Positions 18,297-26,487 of a stretch of 64,000 bases of DNA are shown piece by piece. The notes beneath the pieces were generated by a model. It did not search any database. It had not been told where the DNA came from and worked only from the letters and a program-made list of their open reading frames with translations. Position 1 is the first letter of the stretch; every line of letters begins with the position of its first letter. The position numbers and the translations under genes were made by a program. The stretch is from Hylemonella sp. UBA6679 (GTDB taxonomy: Bacteria > Pseudomonadota > Gammaproteobacteria > Burkholderiales > Burkholderiaceae_C), in the NCBI GenBank assembly GCA_002454975.1, contig DKJZ01000109.1:11685-75684 (forward strand), in the 5' to 3' direction.

Positions 18297-20234
18297 TCAA
18301 CCCTGTAAGAGCTTCAGAACCGTCTGCTGGCTGGTGTTGGCCTGGGCCAAAACCGCCGTGGCTGCCTGCTGCATGATCTGCGTGCGGGCCAGCTCGGTCG
18401 AAGCCTTGGCGTAGTCCGCGTCTTCAATTTGGCTGCGCGAGGCTTCAGCGTTCATGGACACAGTGTTGAGGTTGTCAATCACGTGCTCCAGGCGATTCAT
18501 CACCGCACCCATGGTGGAGCGTTGAGAGTTCACGTTGTCCATGGCGCGGGCCACTTTGTCAATCACCGCGTTGGCATTCGCCACATCCTTGATGTTGACG
18601 CTTGGCTGCGTGCTGTCCACATCTGCCGTGACCTCCCCAGTGATGGAGCCGTTCTTGCCAAAGTCTTGCAGATCAAAGGTGATGAGCTGGTTGGCAGCCG
18701 GACCCACTTGGAAGGACATGCGGCCTGCTGTTTGTGAGACTTTTTGACCCGATTGATCGGTGTTACCTAGTGTCACGGCTGCACCGTTTGCCCCGCTGGT
18801 GCCTGTCGATGCAGCGGTGACAATGATGGGCTTGGTATCAGAGCGCAGTGTGACCGTACCGTAAATGGTGTCTGCGCTTGTAGATGAGGCTGTTGCCCCG
18901 TCAATCGGTGTAACTCCCGCAGTACCAGCTGGAATAAATTTGATCGTCGGTGTAAACGTGCCGTTAGCCAGACCCGTCAGGGTTAATTTGTTGGTGGTGC
19001 CCGTTGTGCTTGTGGTCGTAATTTTCGCTGGCGTCACGTTACCAGTGAAGTCTGGGTTGCTGTTCAATGCAGCTGCTACATGAGGCAAAAGTTTGGCGTA
19101 ATCCACCACGCCATTGGTTAAATCTGACGAGGTGACCACATAACCCACGGTGTTCGCAGCTGCTGTGATGGAGATGGTCTCACCGAGCGCAGGCTTGGCA
19201 GAAAACGTGATGTCAGTGGTCTGAATGGTCGAAGCGATCACTGCAGTTCCAACAGTTGCTGCACCACTCGCAGTGGAAGTCGTACCTAAACCAAACGACG
19301 CTGAGCTTAAACCTGTACCAGTCGGGTTGAACCAAGCGGAGATATTGCGCCCGTCTTTGGTCGTCAAACTCACACCACCCCTGCCGCTGTCGCTGGCGGT
19401 CACGCCATGGGTTGCAATGGTGTTGTTGATTGCGGCAATCACCTTGGCACGGCGAGCGTCGGGTGCATCGGCTGAACCAGACAGCCCGGTTCCCATGTCA
19501 ATGGGGACTGCAATGCCGTTGAGGTAAAGGTATTGGTTACCGCTTTCAGTACCAATGGTGGTGACGTTGCCAGACGTTGTCGGGCCTGTGGCAATGGCGC
19601 GAACACCAGTGGTACCTTGAGAAGCATTGATGGCTGCTGCAATGGCAATCGCGCTTTGCGTCTTCACGCTCGAGCCAGCTGTTGTGTCGCTGAAAGGATC
19701 GTCAGAATCCAAGGGTGCGCGAATGGGCGTGCCGTTGATGGTCATCTCACCTGCGGTCAACGTTCGGGTGGGGCTGGTCACGGTCACCGCGGCAGGACCA
19801 ATCGGATCACCAGCCGTGCCATTCATGATCTTGAAGCCATTCCATTCGTGCGTGTTGGAAATACGCACAATCTCTTGCTTGAGTTGTTGGAACTCCAGGT
19901 CCAAGAAGCCGCGCTGCTCACCAGAGTAGGTGGCGTTGGCTGCTTGCACGGCCAACTCACTCATGCGTTGCAGCATGCTGGTGATCTCAGAGGTTGCACC
20001 GTCTACCGTTTGCACAAAGGAGATCGCATCGCCTGCATTACGAGAGGCTTGGTTCAAGCCTTTGATTTGCTGCGTCATACGAGCGGAAATGGCCAGCCCA
20101 GCGGCATCGTCCCGAGCGGAGTTGATGCGCTTGCCGGTGGCCAGCTGCTGCATGGCGACTTTGCCATCACGCTCCGAGAGCTTGAGGGCTGCCTGTGTGT
20201 AAAGCGATTTGATGTTGGTGTTGATCACTGTCAT
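18297..20234 (-). CDS. fliC: Flagellin, large form (645 aa) with a ~400-aa Thr/Ser/Gly/Ala-rich variable domain
   Basis: Conserved N-terminus (INTNIKSLYTQ...GKRINSARDDAAGLAISARM) and C-terminus (QQAATAVLAQANTSQQTVLKLLQG). Confidence 0.95.
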   Translation of the reverse strand: MTVINTNIKSLYTQAALKLSERDGKVAMQQLATGKRINSARDDAAGLAISARMTQQIKGLNQASRNAGDAISFVQTVDGATSEITSMLQRMSELAVQAANATYSGEQRGFLDLEFQQLKQEIVRISNTHEWNGFKIMNGTAGDPIGPAAVTVTSPTRTLTAGEMTINGTPIRAPLDSDDPFSDTTAGSSVKTQSAIAIAAAINASQGTTGVRAIATGPTTSGNVTTIGTESGNQYLYLNGIAVPIDMGTGLSGSADAPDARRAKVIAAINNTIATHGVTASDSGRGGVSLTTKDGRNISAWFNPTGTGLSSASFGLGTTSTASGAATVGTAVIASTIQTTDITFSAKPALGETISITAAANTVGYVVTSSDLTNGVVDYAKLLPHVAAALNSNPDFTGNVTPAKITTTSTTGTTNKLTLTGLANGTFTPTIKFIPAGTAGVTPIDGATASSTSADTIYGTVTLRSDTKPIIVTAASTGTSGANGAAVTLGNTDQSGQKVSQTAGRMSFQVGPAANQLITFDLQDFGKNGSITGEVTADVDSTQPSVNIKDVANANAVIDKVARAMDNVNSQRSTMGAVMNRLEHVIDNLNTVSMNAEASRSQIEDADYAKASTELARTQIMQQAATAVLAQANTSQQTVLKLLQG

Positions 20235-20299
20235 GTCAGATCTCCTGAGTGCGCCAGAAGCGCAAAAGTTAAAGCCTCTGGCTTATGGGCACTGTTGGT

Positions 20300-20767
20300 T
20301 CAGTTGTGCATGCTCGGCGCAGGCATCACATCCTGCACACCCAACATGGCGTGTTTTTCTTGAAGCAACGTGTCGTCAAACGGCCAGATGCGCAGGGCCT
20401 GATCCAGCACCTCACGGGCTTGCGCCAAGTCAAGGTTGCAAGCCAAGGCGCGCGCCAACATCACGCAGGTGGTGGGTTGCACCTCGTCTTGCTGTAGGGT
20501 CACAAGGTCTTGCAGAAGTTCAATGGCCAGGGGCCAGTCTTGGCGCGTCATGGCCAAGAGGCTGGCAATCGCCAGGATGTCCTCGCTCTGCGGGTACAGG
20601 GCCAAGCCCGCGTCTGCCAGGGCTTGTGCCATGTCTTCCTGGTCATTGATCACCAACCACTGAACACCTTCGCGGAACTCAGCTGGGCTAAAGCGCGAGG
20701 CTTCGCGCAAGTTGAAAGACTGTTGGCTGACCCATTGGTTCAACGCCTGCTCAAACTCGATGTGCAT
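20300..20767 (-). CDS. 155-aa all-helical, TPR-like protein of unknown function, encoded just upstream of the large flagellin
   Basis: ORF with AGGAG before the ATG at 20767 and its own sigma-54 promoter. Repeated A/L-rich helix pairs (ALADAGLALYPQSEDILAIASLLAMTRQDWPLAIELL...LARALACNLDLAQAREVLDQAL). Confidence 0.6.
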   Translation of the reverse strand: MHIEFEQALNQWVSQQSFNLREASRFSPAEFREGVQWLVINDQEDMAQALADAGLALYPQSEDILAIASLLAMTRQDWPLAIELLQDLVTLQQDEVQPTTCVMLARALACNLDLAQAREVLDQALRIWPFDDTLLQEKHAMLGVQDVMPAPSMHN

Positions 20768-20816
20768 GTGGTGCTCCTGCGTGTTGCATAAAAAAACATC
20801 AGATGCAACTGAATTA

Positions 20817-20831
20817 GCAAAAGCAATGCCA
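20817..20831 (-). promoter_or_regulatory. Sigma-54 promoter for the TPR-like gene, and probably for the large flagellin downstream
   Basis: The minus strand reads TGGCAT-TGCTT-TTGC. Predicted TSS is about 20805, 38 nt before the ATG at 20767. Confidence 0.7.
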
Positions 20832-20956
20832 ACTTGTTTGCAAGCCTTTTTAGGCGCTTAGCGGCAAAAAAATGACAACACGAACCCATGTACGCATGCA
20901 GGAACGGCAAGTTTTGGGGGGGAGTGGCAAGTGTTGTGCGAACGTCAGGTCTTAAA

Positions 20957-20974
20957 GCGGCAATGATTTGCCAA
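20957..20974. promoter_or_regulatory. Palindrome GCGGCAA-TGAT-TTGCCAA between divergent sigma-54 promoters (candidate UAS)
   Basis: Centred about 160 bp upstream of the minus-strand TSS and about 139 bp upstream of the plus-strand TSS. Same architecture as the palindromes at 23964-23981 and 37662-37679. Extra CGGCAA half-sites lie near 20861 and 20904. Confidence 0.4.
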
Positions 20975-21077
20975 CATGGGCTGTACGAGTCCTTGCTCCC
21001 ACTTGTAACGGAGCATGACCATACAAATCGACTCTTTTGTTACAAGGTTTTCAGATCATCCATCCATGCGCGGTCAT

Positions 21078-21092
21078 TGGCATGCATGTTGC
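21078..21092 (+). promoter_or_regulatory. Sigma-54 promoter of fliB
   Basis: TGGCAT-GCATG-TTGC. Predicted TSS is about 21104, 44 nt before the ATG at 21148, which is preceded by AAGGA. Confidence 0.7.
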
Positions 21093-21147
21093 TGATCAAG
21101 TGGTACGGATCTAGCGACCAGAAAATTGACACATAAGGATTTATAAG

Positions 21148-22386
21148 ATGAGTGTTTTGCATCCGACCAAAAAAATTGAAGCCATCTCACCGATTTACGC
21201 TCAAAAATTCGCGTGTGTTGGCTCTAGTTGTGAAGATACATGCTGTGCTGGTTGGGGAGTGGCCATTGATAAGAAAACCTACAACGCCTATCAAAAAGTA
21301 ACAAGCCCTACTTTGAAGGAACGTCTGACGCAAGACATAGGCCGAGTTCGCAGTCAAGCAACCGATCAAAACTATGCGCGCGTGAAGATGTCCAAGGTCA
21401 ATCAAGCATGCCCCATGCTTGAAGACAGTCTGTGCGCCATTCAGAAAGAACTGGGCGAGGATAAGCTCTCTCACACCTGCAGCACCTTCCCAAGGCTTAG
21501 CTATAAGACGGGTGATTTTTACCAACAGTCATTGACGCTTTCTTGCCCGGAGGCCGCTCGATTGGCTTTACTTGTGGACAATGCGTTCGAGTTTTCAAAA
21601 ACAGATATTCACGTGCGCATCGACACCGTGACGGATTTCAAGCCGAAATTCGGCATGCGCATGGATGAGATGAATGAAGTTCGTTTTTTCTGCATCAAGA
21701 TCATCAAGGCGCAAGGCTTGCCGCTGTGGCAGAAAATGGTTTTTTTAGGTCTGGTGTGCGAGTCTTTAGCCGCTGACAACAAGCAAGCGTCTAAGCAAAG
21801 TGCCGTTGAGAAAATACAAGGCCTGTTCCAATTGCTGGAAGCTGGCGAGTTGGGTGAGTTGTTTGAAAATATCAACGCCAACCATGAATTACAAGCTGAG
21901 ATTTTTGTAAAGTTATGGGCTTTCAAAACCGGCAATCAGTATTCAAAAAATCAACAACTTGTTGATGAAAGTATCTCCAGTCATTTTGAAAAGTCTGATG
22001 AGGCTGTTTTGGTTTCAAAGACGATGCTGACCGAGCAGTACAAGCGTGGCCTAGTGGGGCTTGCGGTTGTTCTTCGTGAGCATCCCACCTTCTTTGAAAA
22101 CTACATCATCAACGAAATGTTCAGGGAGTGCTTTCCATTTGGCGCCACCTCACCGCTTGAACATTATTTAAAAATGATCGTGCGGTTTGGCTTGCTTCGT
22201 TTCATGACAGCTATTCAATGTGCTGATGACCGCAGCTTGCCAGATGCTGATGCCATGGTTCGCACGGTTCAAGTGGTTTGCCGTCGCTACCAGCATGACA
22301 GTAAGTTTGCAGCCACGATCAATGGATGTTTCAATAATTCTGGTTGGAATGACTTGAATAAGATCTTCAGAATTTTAAAAGCTTGA
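21148..22386 (+). CDS. fliB: Flagellin lysine-N-methylase FliB
   Basis: The N-terminal Cys cluster FACVGSSCEDTCCAGWGVAIDKKTY and a second CPML..SLCAIQ motif match the FliB family (Salmonella FliB has the analogous FSCSGSAC..HCC.GW). Confidence 0.8.
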   Translation: MSVLHPTKKIEAISPIYAQKFACVGSSCEDTCCAGWGVAIDKKTYNAYQKVTSPTLKERLTQDIGRVRSQATDQNYARVKMSKVNQACPMLEDSLCAIQKELGEDKLSHTCSTFPRLSYKTGDFYQQSLTLSCPEAARLALLVDNAFEFSKTDIHVRIDTVTDFKPKFGMRMDEMNEVRFFCIKIIKAQGLPLWQKMVFLGLVCESLAADNKQASKQSAVEKIQGLFQLLEAGELGELFENINANHELQAEIFVKLWAFKTGNQYSKNQQLVDESISSHFEKSDEAVLVSKTMLTEQYKRGLVGLAVVLREHPTFFENYIINEMFRECFPFGATSPLEHYLKMIVRFGLLRFMTAIQCADDRSLPDADAMVRTVQVVCRRYQHDSKFAATINGCFNNSGWNDLNKIFRILKA

Positions 22387-22432
22387 TGGGCTCTTAACCG
22401 ACAAATGCAAACGTAGAGATGGCAGCGCAGTC

Positions 22433-22459
22433 AAAAAAACAGCCACCCAGAGGTGGCTG
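22433..22459 (-). terminator. Rho-independent terminator after the short flagellin gene
   Basis: CAGCCACC-CAGA-GGTGGCTG hairpin. On the minus strand it is followed by a T7 run (A7 at 22433-22439 on plus). It may also stop fliB transcription coming from the other side. Confidence 0.8.
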
Positions 22460-22500
22460 TTATGAGCTGGCTGGTTACTCTTCAGCCAGGTAACTGAAAG

Positions 22501-23322
22501 TTACTTCAGCAGGGCCAGCACAGACTGCGAAGACTGGTTGGCCTGGGCCAACATGGCGGTGGCTGCCTGCTGGATGATCTGCGACTTAGCCAGGTTGGTG
22601 GTTTCCTTGGCGTAGTCGGTGTCCAGAATTCGGCTGCGCGAAGCCATCAAATTCATGGACGTGTTTTCCAGGTTGGAAATAGCAGCGTTCAAGCGGTTTT
22701 GATAGGCACCCATGCTGGCACGGGCATCGGTCACCGTAATCAAAGCCTTGTCGATGGAATCCAAGTTAGCTGCCGACTTGGTCGAATCAGTGAGGTCCAA
22801 CTTGTCAACTTCAAGCTTGTCTGAAGTCATGGCTTTCAGATCGATCTTAATCACATCGTCAGCGTTAGCACCTGGGCCGACTTGCAATGAGAAGGTGCCA
22901 TCCGCTGCCAACAGGTCGATACCATTGAATTTGGCATTGTTAGCCACACGATCGATTTCTTCAACGAGTTGCTTGGCTTCGTTGTCCAGAGTGGTTCGGT
23001 CTGTACCTTGATTGGTGTCGTTGGCAGCTTGCACAGCCAATTCACGAATACGCTGCAGGTTGTCTTGAATCGAGGCCATGCTGCCCTCAGCGGTCTGCGT
23101 CATCGAAATACCGTCGTTGGCATTGCGAATGGCAGAGGCAATGCCGCGGATGTTGGCGGTCATGCGGGTGCTGATGGCCAAGCCAGCAGCGTCGTCTTTG
23201 GCGTTGTTGATCTTGATGCCAGAAGACAAACGTTCCATAGCCTGAGTTTGGTTCAAGCCAGACAAACGCAAAGAGTTTTGAGCAGCAACTGCGCTCAGAT
23301 TCGTATTGATAACCGATGACAT
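22501..23322 (-). CDS. Flagellin, short form (273 aa) with essentially no outer variable domain
   Basis: N-terminus INTNLSAVAAQNSL...GIKINNAKDDAAGLAISTRM and C-terminus IIQQAATAMLAQANQSSQSVLALLK. GAAGGAG precedes the ATG. Confidence 0.95.
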   Translation of the reverse strand: MSSVINTNLSAVAAQNSLRLSGLNQTQAMERLSSGIKINNAKDDAAGLAISTRMTANIRGIASAIRNANDGISMTQTAEGSMASIQDNLQRIRELAVQAANDTNQGTDRTTLDNEAKQLVEEIDRVANNAKFNGIDLLAADGTFSLQVGPGANADDVIKIDLKAMTSDKLEVDKLDLTDSTKSAANLDSIDKALITVTDARASMGAYQNRLNAAISNLENTSMNLMASRSRILDTDYAKETTNLAKSQIIQQAATAMLAQANQSSQSVLALLK

Positions 23323-23377
23323 GAAAATTCTCCTTCAGAGGTGGTTCGATGAACAAGAAGAAGTCTTGTTAGAAGAT

Positions 23378-23404
23378 GATTCGGAACAGACTTTGTTTAC
23401 TTAA
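23378..23404 (-). promoter_or_regulatory. FliA (sigma-28)-type promoter of the short flagellin gene
   Basis: The minus strand reads TTAAGTAA-N11-TCCGAATC, 56 nt upstream of the ATG at 23322. Confidence 0.6.
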
Positions 23405-23448
23405 CAAAATTCAAGAAAAATATTTGCTACTGAATTGGTAGTGGCACA

Positions 23449-23838
23449 TCAAGACTTGGCGCTGAATAGCAAGCCCTTCATGTGATCGATGCTGTGAGCC
23501 AAGTTCACAACCACTTCATTGGGGATCTGGCGAACCACTTCCCCGGTTTCTGCGCTGCGTACGGTCACCACTGGGCCACCCACTGATTCGTCCATGTGAA
23601 ACCCTAGGCCGCGATTTTTGGCGCTCATTTGCTGGTTCAACAGACGAACAGCATCCTGGACGTTTTGCCGGGCCTCCGAGGGGTCAAAGTGAATCGCCAC
23701 CTGTTTGGGGGCCATAACTTTGGGTGTTTCTGGTACGTGAACAGCGCTGGAGGCTGTATGCGTTGGCGTTGAATGGGCAGACCGCAGGGCCGCCAACCCC
23801 GCGCCCGGTGGTGCAATGTTGTTGATTTCGGATCCCAT
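23449..23838 (-). CDS. flaG: Flagellar protein FlaG
   Basis: C-terminal FlaG signature LGFHMDESVGGPVVTVRSAETGEVVRQIPNEVVV. I trimmed the track ORF (23877) to the Met of MGSEINN. Confidence 0.8.
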   Translation of the reverse strand: MGSEINNIAPPGAGLAALRSAHSTPTHTASSAVHVPETPKVMAPKQVAIHFDPSEARQNVQDAVRLLNQQMSAKNRGLGFHMDESVGGPVVTVRSAETGEVVRQIPNEVVVNLAHSIDHMKGLLFSAKS

Positions 23839-23944
23839 GGTTCTTCGTCCTTTGTAAAAGCATGCTGAGCTTTCCAACAGCTCGGTCTTCCATCAACTTT
23901 TGTTGAATAAAAGAAGCTCAGTGATCGATGACTCGACTCAGGAC

Positions 23945-23981
23945 GAAAAAACTTGAGAGAAAAGCGGCAATTCGTTGCCGC
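23945..23981 (-). terminator. Rho-independent terminator after fliD; the hairpin is also a copy of the GCGGCAA-N4-TTGCCGC palindrome
   Basis: GCGGCAA-TTCG-TTGCCGC (23964-23981), followed on the minus strand by TTTTCTCTCAAGTTTTTT, 20 nt after the fliD stop. Confidence 0.75.
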
Positions 23982-24000
23982 ACAAGCCTGAAAGGGCGGT

Positions 24001-25491
24001 TTATTTGTTGGTGTAAGAGGCCATCATGCCGTCAAACGAGCTCTTCAAGCCGGTCTGCGTGCTCTTAATTTGGCCCACCAGGCTGTTCATGGCGGAAAAT
24101 TGTTCGGTGTAGCGCTTGAGCAGTATCGCCATACGTGCTTCCAAAGCATCCAATTGCTTTTGGTAGCTGGTGATTTTTTGGCTTTGGTTGTCGCTTAAAG
24201 TTTTCAGCGTGCCCCCAACCGGGTCGAGTAATGAGCCCAAATTTTTATATGCCTCGCCAGCGATGCCCCTTGGCGCGTCACTGAATTTTGTTTGATCTTG
24301 TTGGTTGTTCGAGAACATCTTGACCACATCGTCAAAATTGTTCTGCAAGGCAGTATCAAGTTTGGCGCCATCAATCATCAGCTTGCCAGTTTTGTCGATG
24401 CTGACCCCAATATCACGAAGAGCGCTGATGCTTCCACTGGCAAATTCGGCACTGACCACCATGCCACGCACCTGAGACCGGATGGCACTGACCGTGCTGT
24501 TACCCACCAAGGTGGCGCCATAGCCTTCGACCGTAGATTTGGGGTCGGACACGACACCAAGCATGCTCATGGTGTCGTTGTATGCGGTCACCAGGGCTTG
24601 GATTTTGGTTTTCACGCCACTGGTGTCTCGGTTCATGTCCACCAAAGCGCCTTCAGTGCCTATGGTTGTGCTGAACAAGTCCAGGGTCACGCCACCAATG
24701 GCGTTCTTGATTTGGTTGCTGGTAGAGGTGATGGCAACGCCGTCCACCACCAGGTTGGCATTGCTAGCGGTTTGTTTGGTGGTGAAGCTCAAGCCGGGCA
24801 CGGGATGTCCAGTGCCATCGTTGCTCTCAATCGTGAAATCGTTCACTTCACCGGTTGGCCCGGTCACCATGATTCTGTTAGGTGCGGCTGGGTCACCGGT
24901 GTTGATGATTTGTGCTTTCAAGCCTGAAGTCGAGTTGTTGATGGCAGTCACCACGTCAGCAGGCTTGGTGAGCACCTGAGGAAGGGATATGGTGTAGGGC
25001 TTGCCATGCACACTCACGTTTAAGGTAAAGCCATTGCCGTTGTTGAGCTTGTCTGTCAAATTAGCCAAGCCATCGCTCACGCTGCGTTGGGCCTTTGCCA
25101 AACTGTTCACCACCACACTGTGGCTGCCTGGCAAAACATTTCCGCCAGCGGTCACATTGAAGGCGGATGGCTGAGAGTTGCTGGGGGCAATGCTGCTGTA
25201 GTCGCTCAGATCTTTCAGGTCTGCAAAAGCCGTTTGCAAGTTACCCAGTACAAAATTGATAGCGCCAAACCCAGAGATGACAGCGTTAGATTTGTCGATC
25301 TTGCCTTGAATCGCTGCTTTTTGTGGCGACCGCTCAGCCTCCACCAGGTTGTTAGCCAGGCTGTTGGTGTCTACGCCAGAACCTGAACCAAGTGATGAGA
25401 TAAGGGACTGAGCTGCTGCCTTGGCAGCAGCTTGGGCACTTGTCGCCGTGGTCGCCGTGCTTGTGGTTGACGAAGAAACGCTGGTGACCAT
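24001..25491 (-). CDS. fliD: Flagellar filament cap protein FliD (HAP2)
   Basis: 496 aa. N-terminal GSGSGVDTNSLANNLVEAERSPQ and C-terminal coiled coil (RYTEQFSAMNSLVGQIKSTQ) are typical of FliD. Confidence 0.9.
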   Translation of the reverse strand: MVTSVSSSTTSTATTATSAQAAAKAAAQSLISSLGSGSGVDTNSLANNLVEAERSPQKAAIQGKIDKSNAVISGFGAINFVLGNLQTAFADLKDLSDYSSIAPSNSQPSAFNVTAGGNVLPGSHSVVVNSLAKAQRSVSDGLANLTDKLNNGNGFTLNVSVHGKPYTISLPQVLTKPADVVTAINNSTSGLKAQIINTGDPAAPNRIMVTGPTGEVNDFTIESNDGTGHPVPGLSFTTKQTASNANLVVDGVAITSTSNQIKNAIGGVTLDLFSTTIGTEGALVDMNRDTSGVKTKIQALVTAYNDTMSMLGVVSDPKSTVEGYGATLVGNSTVSAIRSQVRGMVVSAEFASGSISALRDIGVSIDKTGKLMIDGAKLDTALQNNFDDVVKMFSNNQQDQTKFSDAPRGIAGEAYKNLGSLLDPVGGTLKTLSDNQSQKITSYQKQLDALEARMAILLKRYTEQFSAMNSLVGQIKSTQTGLKSSFDGMMASYTNK

Positions 25492-25554
25492 GGTGTGAGC
25501 GGCTGATGGGATGGATTACGAAAGTGTGGTTCGCTTGCAGCAGACCGGCGTGCT

Positions 25555-26478
25555 TTACTTGATGAAGTTGAACAAGTTGAGCTGAGAAATTCTGGCAAAG
25601 CTGCTTTGCGCGGCCTCAAGGCTCAGCATTTGCTGGTTCATGGTGGTTACCGCGCTGGCGTAGTCTAGGTCTTGCACACTCGAGAGGGTTGTTTTCAAGT
25701 TCAAGGTGGTGGCTTCAATCACTGCGGTTTGTTGCTCCAAGGTGGCTTGGTCGCTACCCACAGCCGCTTGGGCCATGCTGATGCCTTGCAGCAGTTTGTC
25801 CATCTCGCCGATGCCTCGCTGCATGGCTGACTGCTGAGAACTTTTGATGCCAGCAATGAGCTGGTCGATGGATTGAAAAAACCCCACGCCTTGCGTGTTG
25901 CCTTGTGCATCGGTGCGAGCCACGCTCACAAATGCGTCGGTGCCAGTGCGGTTCACGGCAATCGAGCGCTGGTCGCCAATGCTGACTTGCATGCGGGTTT
26001 GGTCCCCCTGGTAAGTGGGGTAGCCGCTGGCATCCACTGCAAAAGCAGCTTGGGTCACCTTGCTGCCGGCAAACAGGTAGTTGCCGTTGCTGTCGCGGGT
26101 GTTGGCCAGGCTCAGCAGCTGGTCACGCAAGGCTTGCATCTCCGTGGCGAGGGCTTGGCGGTTTTGCGGGCCTAAGGTGTCGTTGGCGGCCTGCACAGAA
26201 ATTTCTTTGACTCGAATGATCAGGTCGGTGGCGCTGTTGAGCGCTGTCTCCTCGCCATCAAGCCGGGTTTTCACATTGCCCAGTGAGGTTTGGTAGCTGG
26301 CCTGACGGCTCAGCACACTGTTCAAGCGCTGTATTGTTGCGGCTTTGTCGGGTGCGTCGCTGGGGTTGATGATTTGCTTGCCTTGCGCCAGCTGCGCCTG
26401 CGACTTGGCTAATTTGGTTTGCACCGAGCTCATTTGCTCGGCACCACGGTCAAACAAAAGTTGGTTCGAGATTTTCAT
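25555..26478 (-). CDS. flgL: Hook-filament junction protein FlgL (HAP3)
   Basis: 307 aa, flagellin-like N- and C-termini, positioned after flgK. Confidence 0.9.
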   Translation of the reverse strand: MKISNQLLFDRGAEQMSSVQTKLAKSQAQLAQGKQIINPSDAPDKAATIQRLNSVLSRQASYQTSLGNVKTRLDGEETALNSATDLIIRVKEISVQAANDTLGPQNRQALATEMQALRDQLLSLANTRDSNGNYLFAGSKVTQAAFAVDASGYPTYQGDQTRMQVSIGDQRSIAVNRTGTDAFVSVARTDAQGNTQGVGFFQSIDQLIAGIKSSQQSAMQRGIGEMDKLLQGISMAQAAVGSDQATLEQQTAVIEATTLNLKTTLSSVQDLDYASAVTTMNQQMLSLEAAQSSFARISQLNLFNFIK

Positions 26479-26487
26479 GGCTTACCT

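Noticed and set aside
19533-20363. Long ORFs antisense to or overlapping confident flagellar genes, e.g. 19533-20363(+), 16870-17553(+), 52030-52653(+), 60713-61660(-), 39555-40181(-), 29373-29738(+) and many others in the track
   Set aside because: They lie opposite genes with unmistakable family signatures. Their products are Arg/His/Gly/Ala-rich low-complexity sequences with no motifs, as expected for shadow frames in GC-rich DNA.
20952-20977. TAAAG...GCCAACAT resembling an enterobacterial sigma-28 promoter in the fliB upstream region
   Set aside because: The spacer is too short (9 nt versus 11) and the -10 box lacks CCGA. The sequence is better explained as part of the GCGGCAA-N4-TTGCCAA palindrome.
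22761-22788. Plus-strand CCAAGTTA-N12-GTCGAATC inside the short flagellin gene (a possible antisense FliA promoter)
   Set aside because: The spacer is 12 nt, not 11. The -35 box has mismatches at both ends, and no target gene exists. It is kept only as a curiosity for strand-specific RNA-seq.
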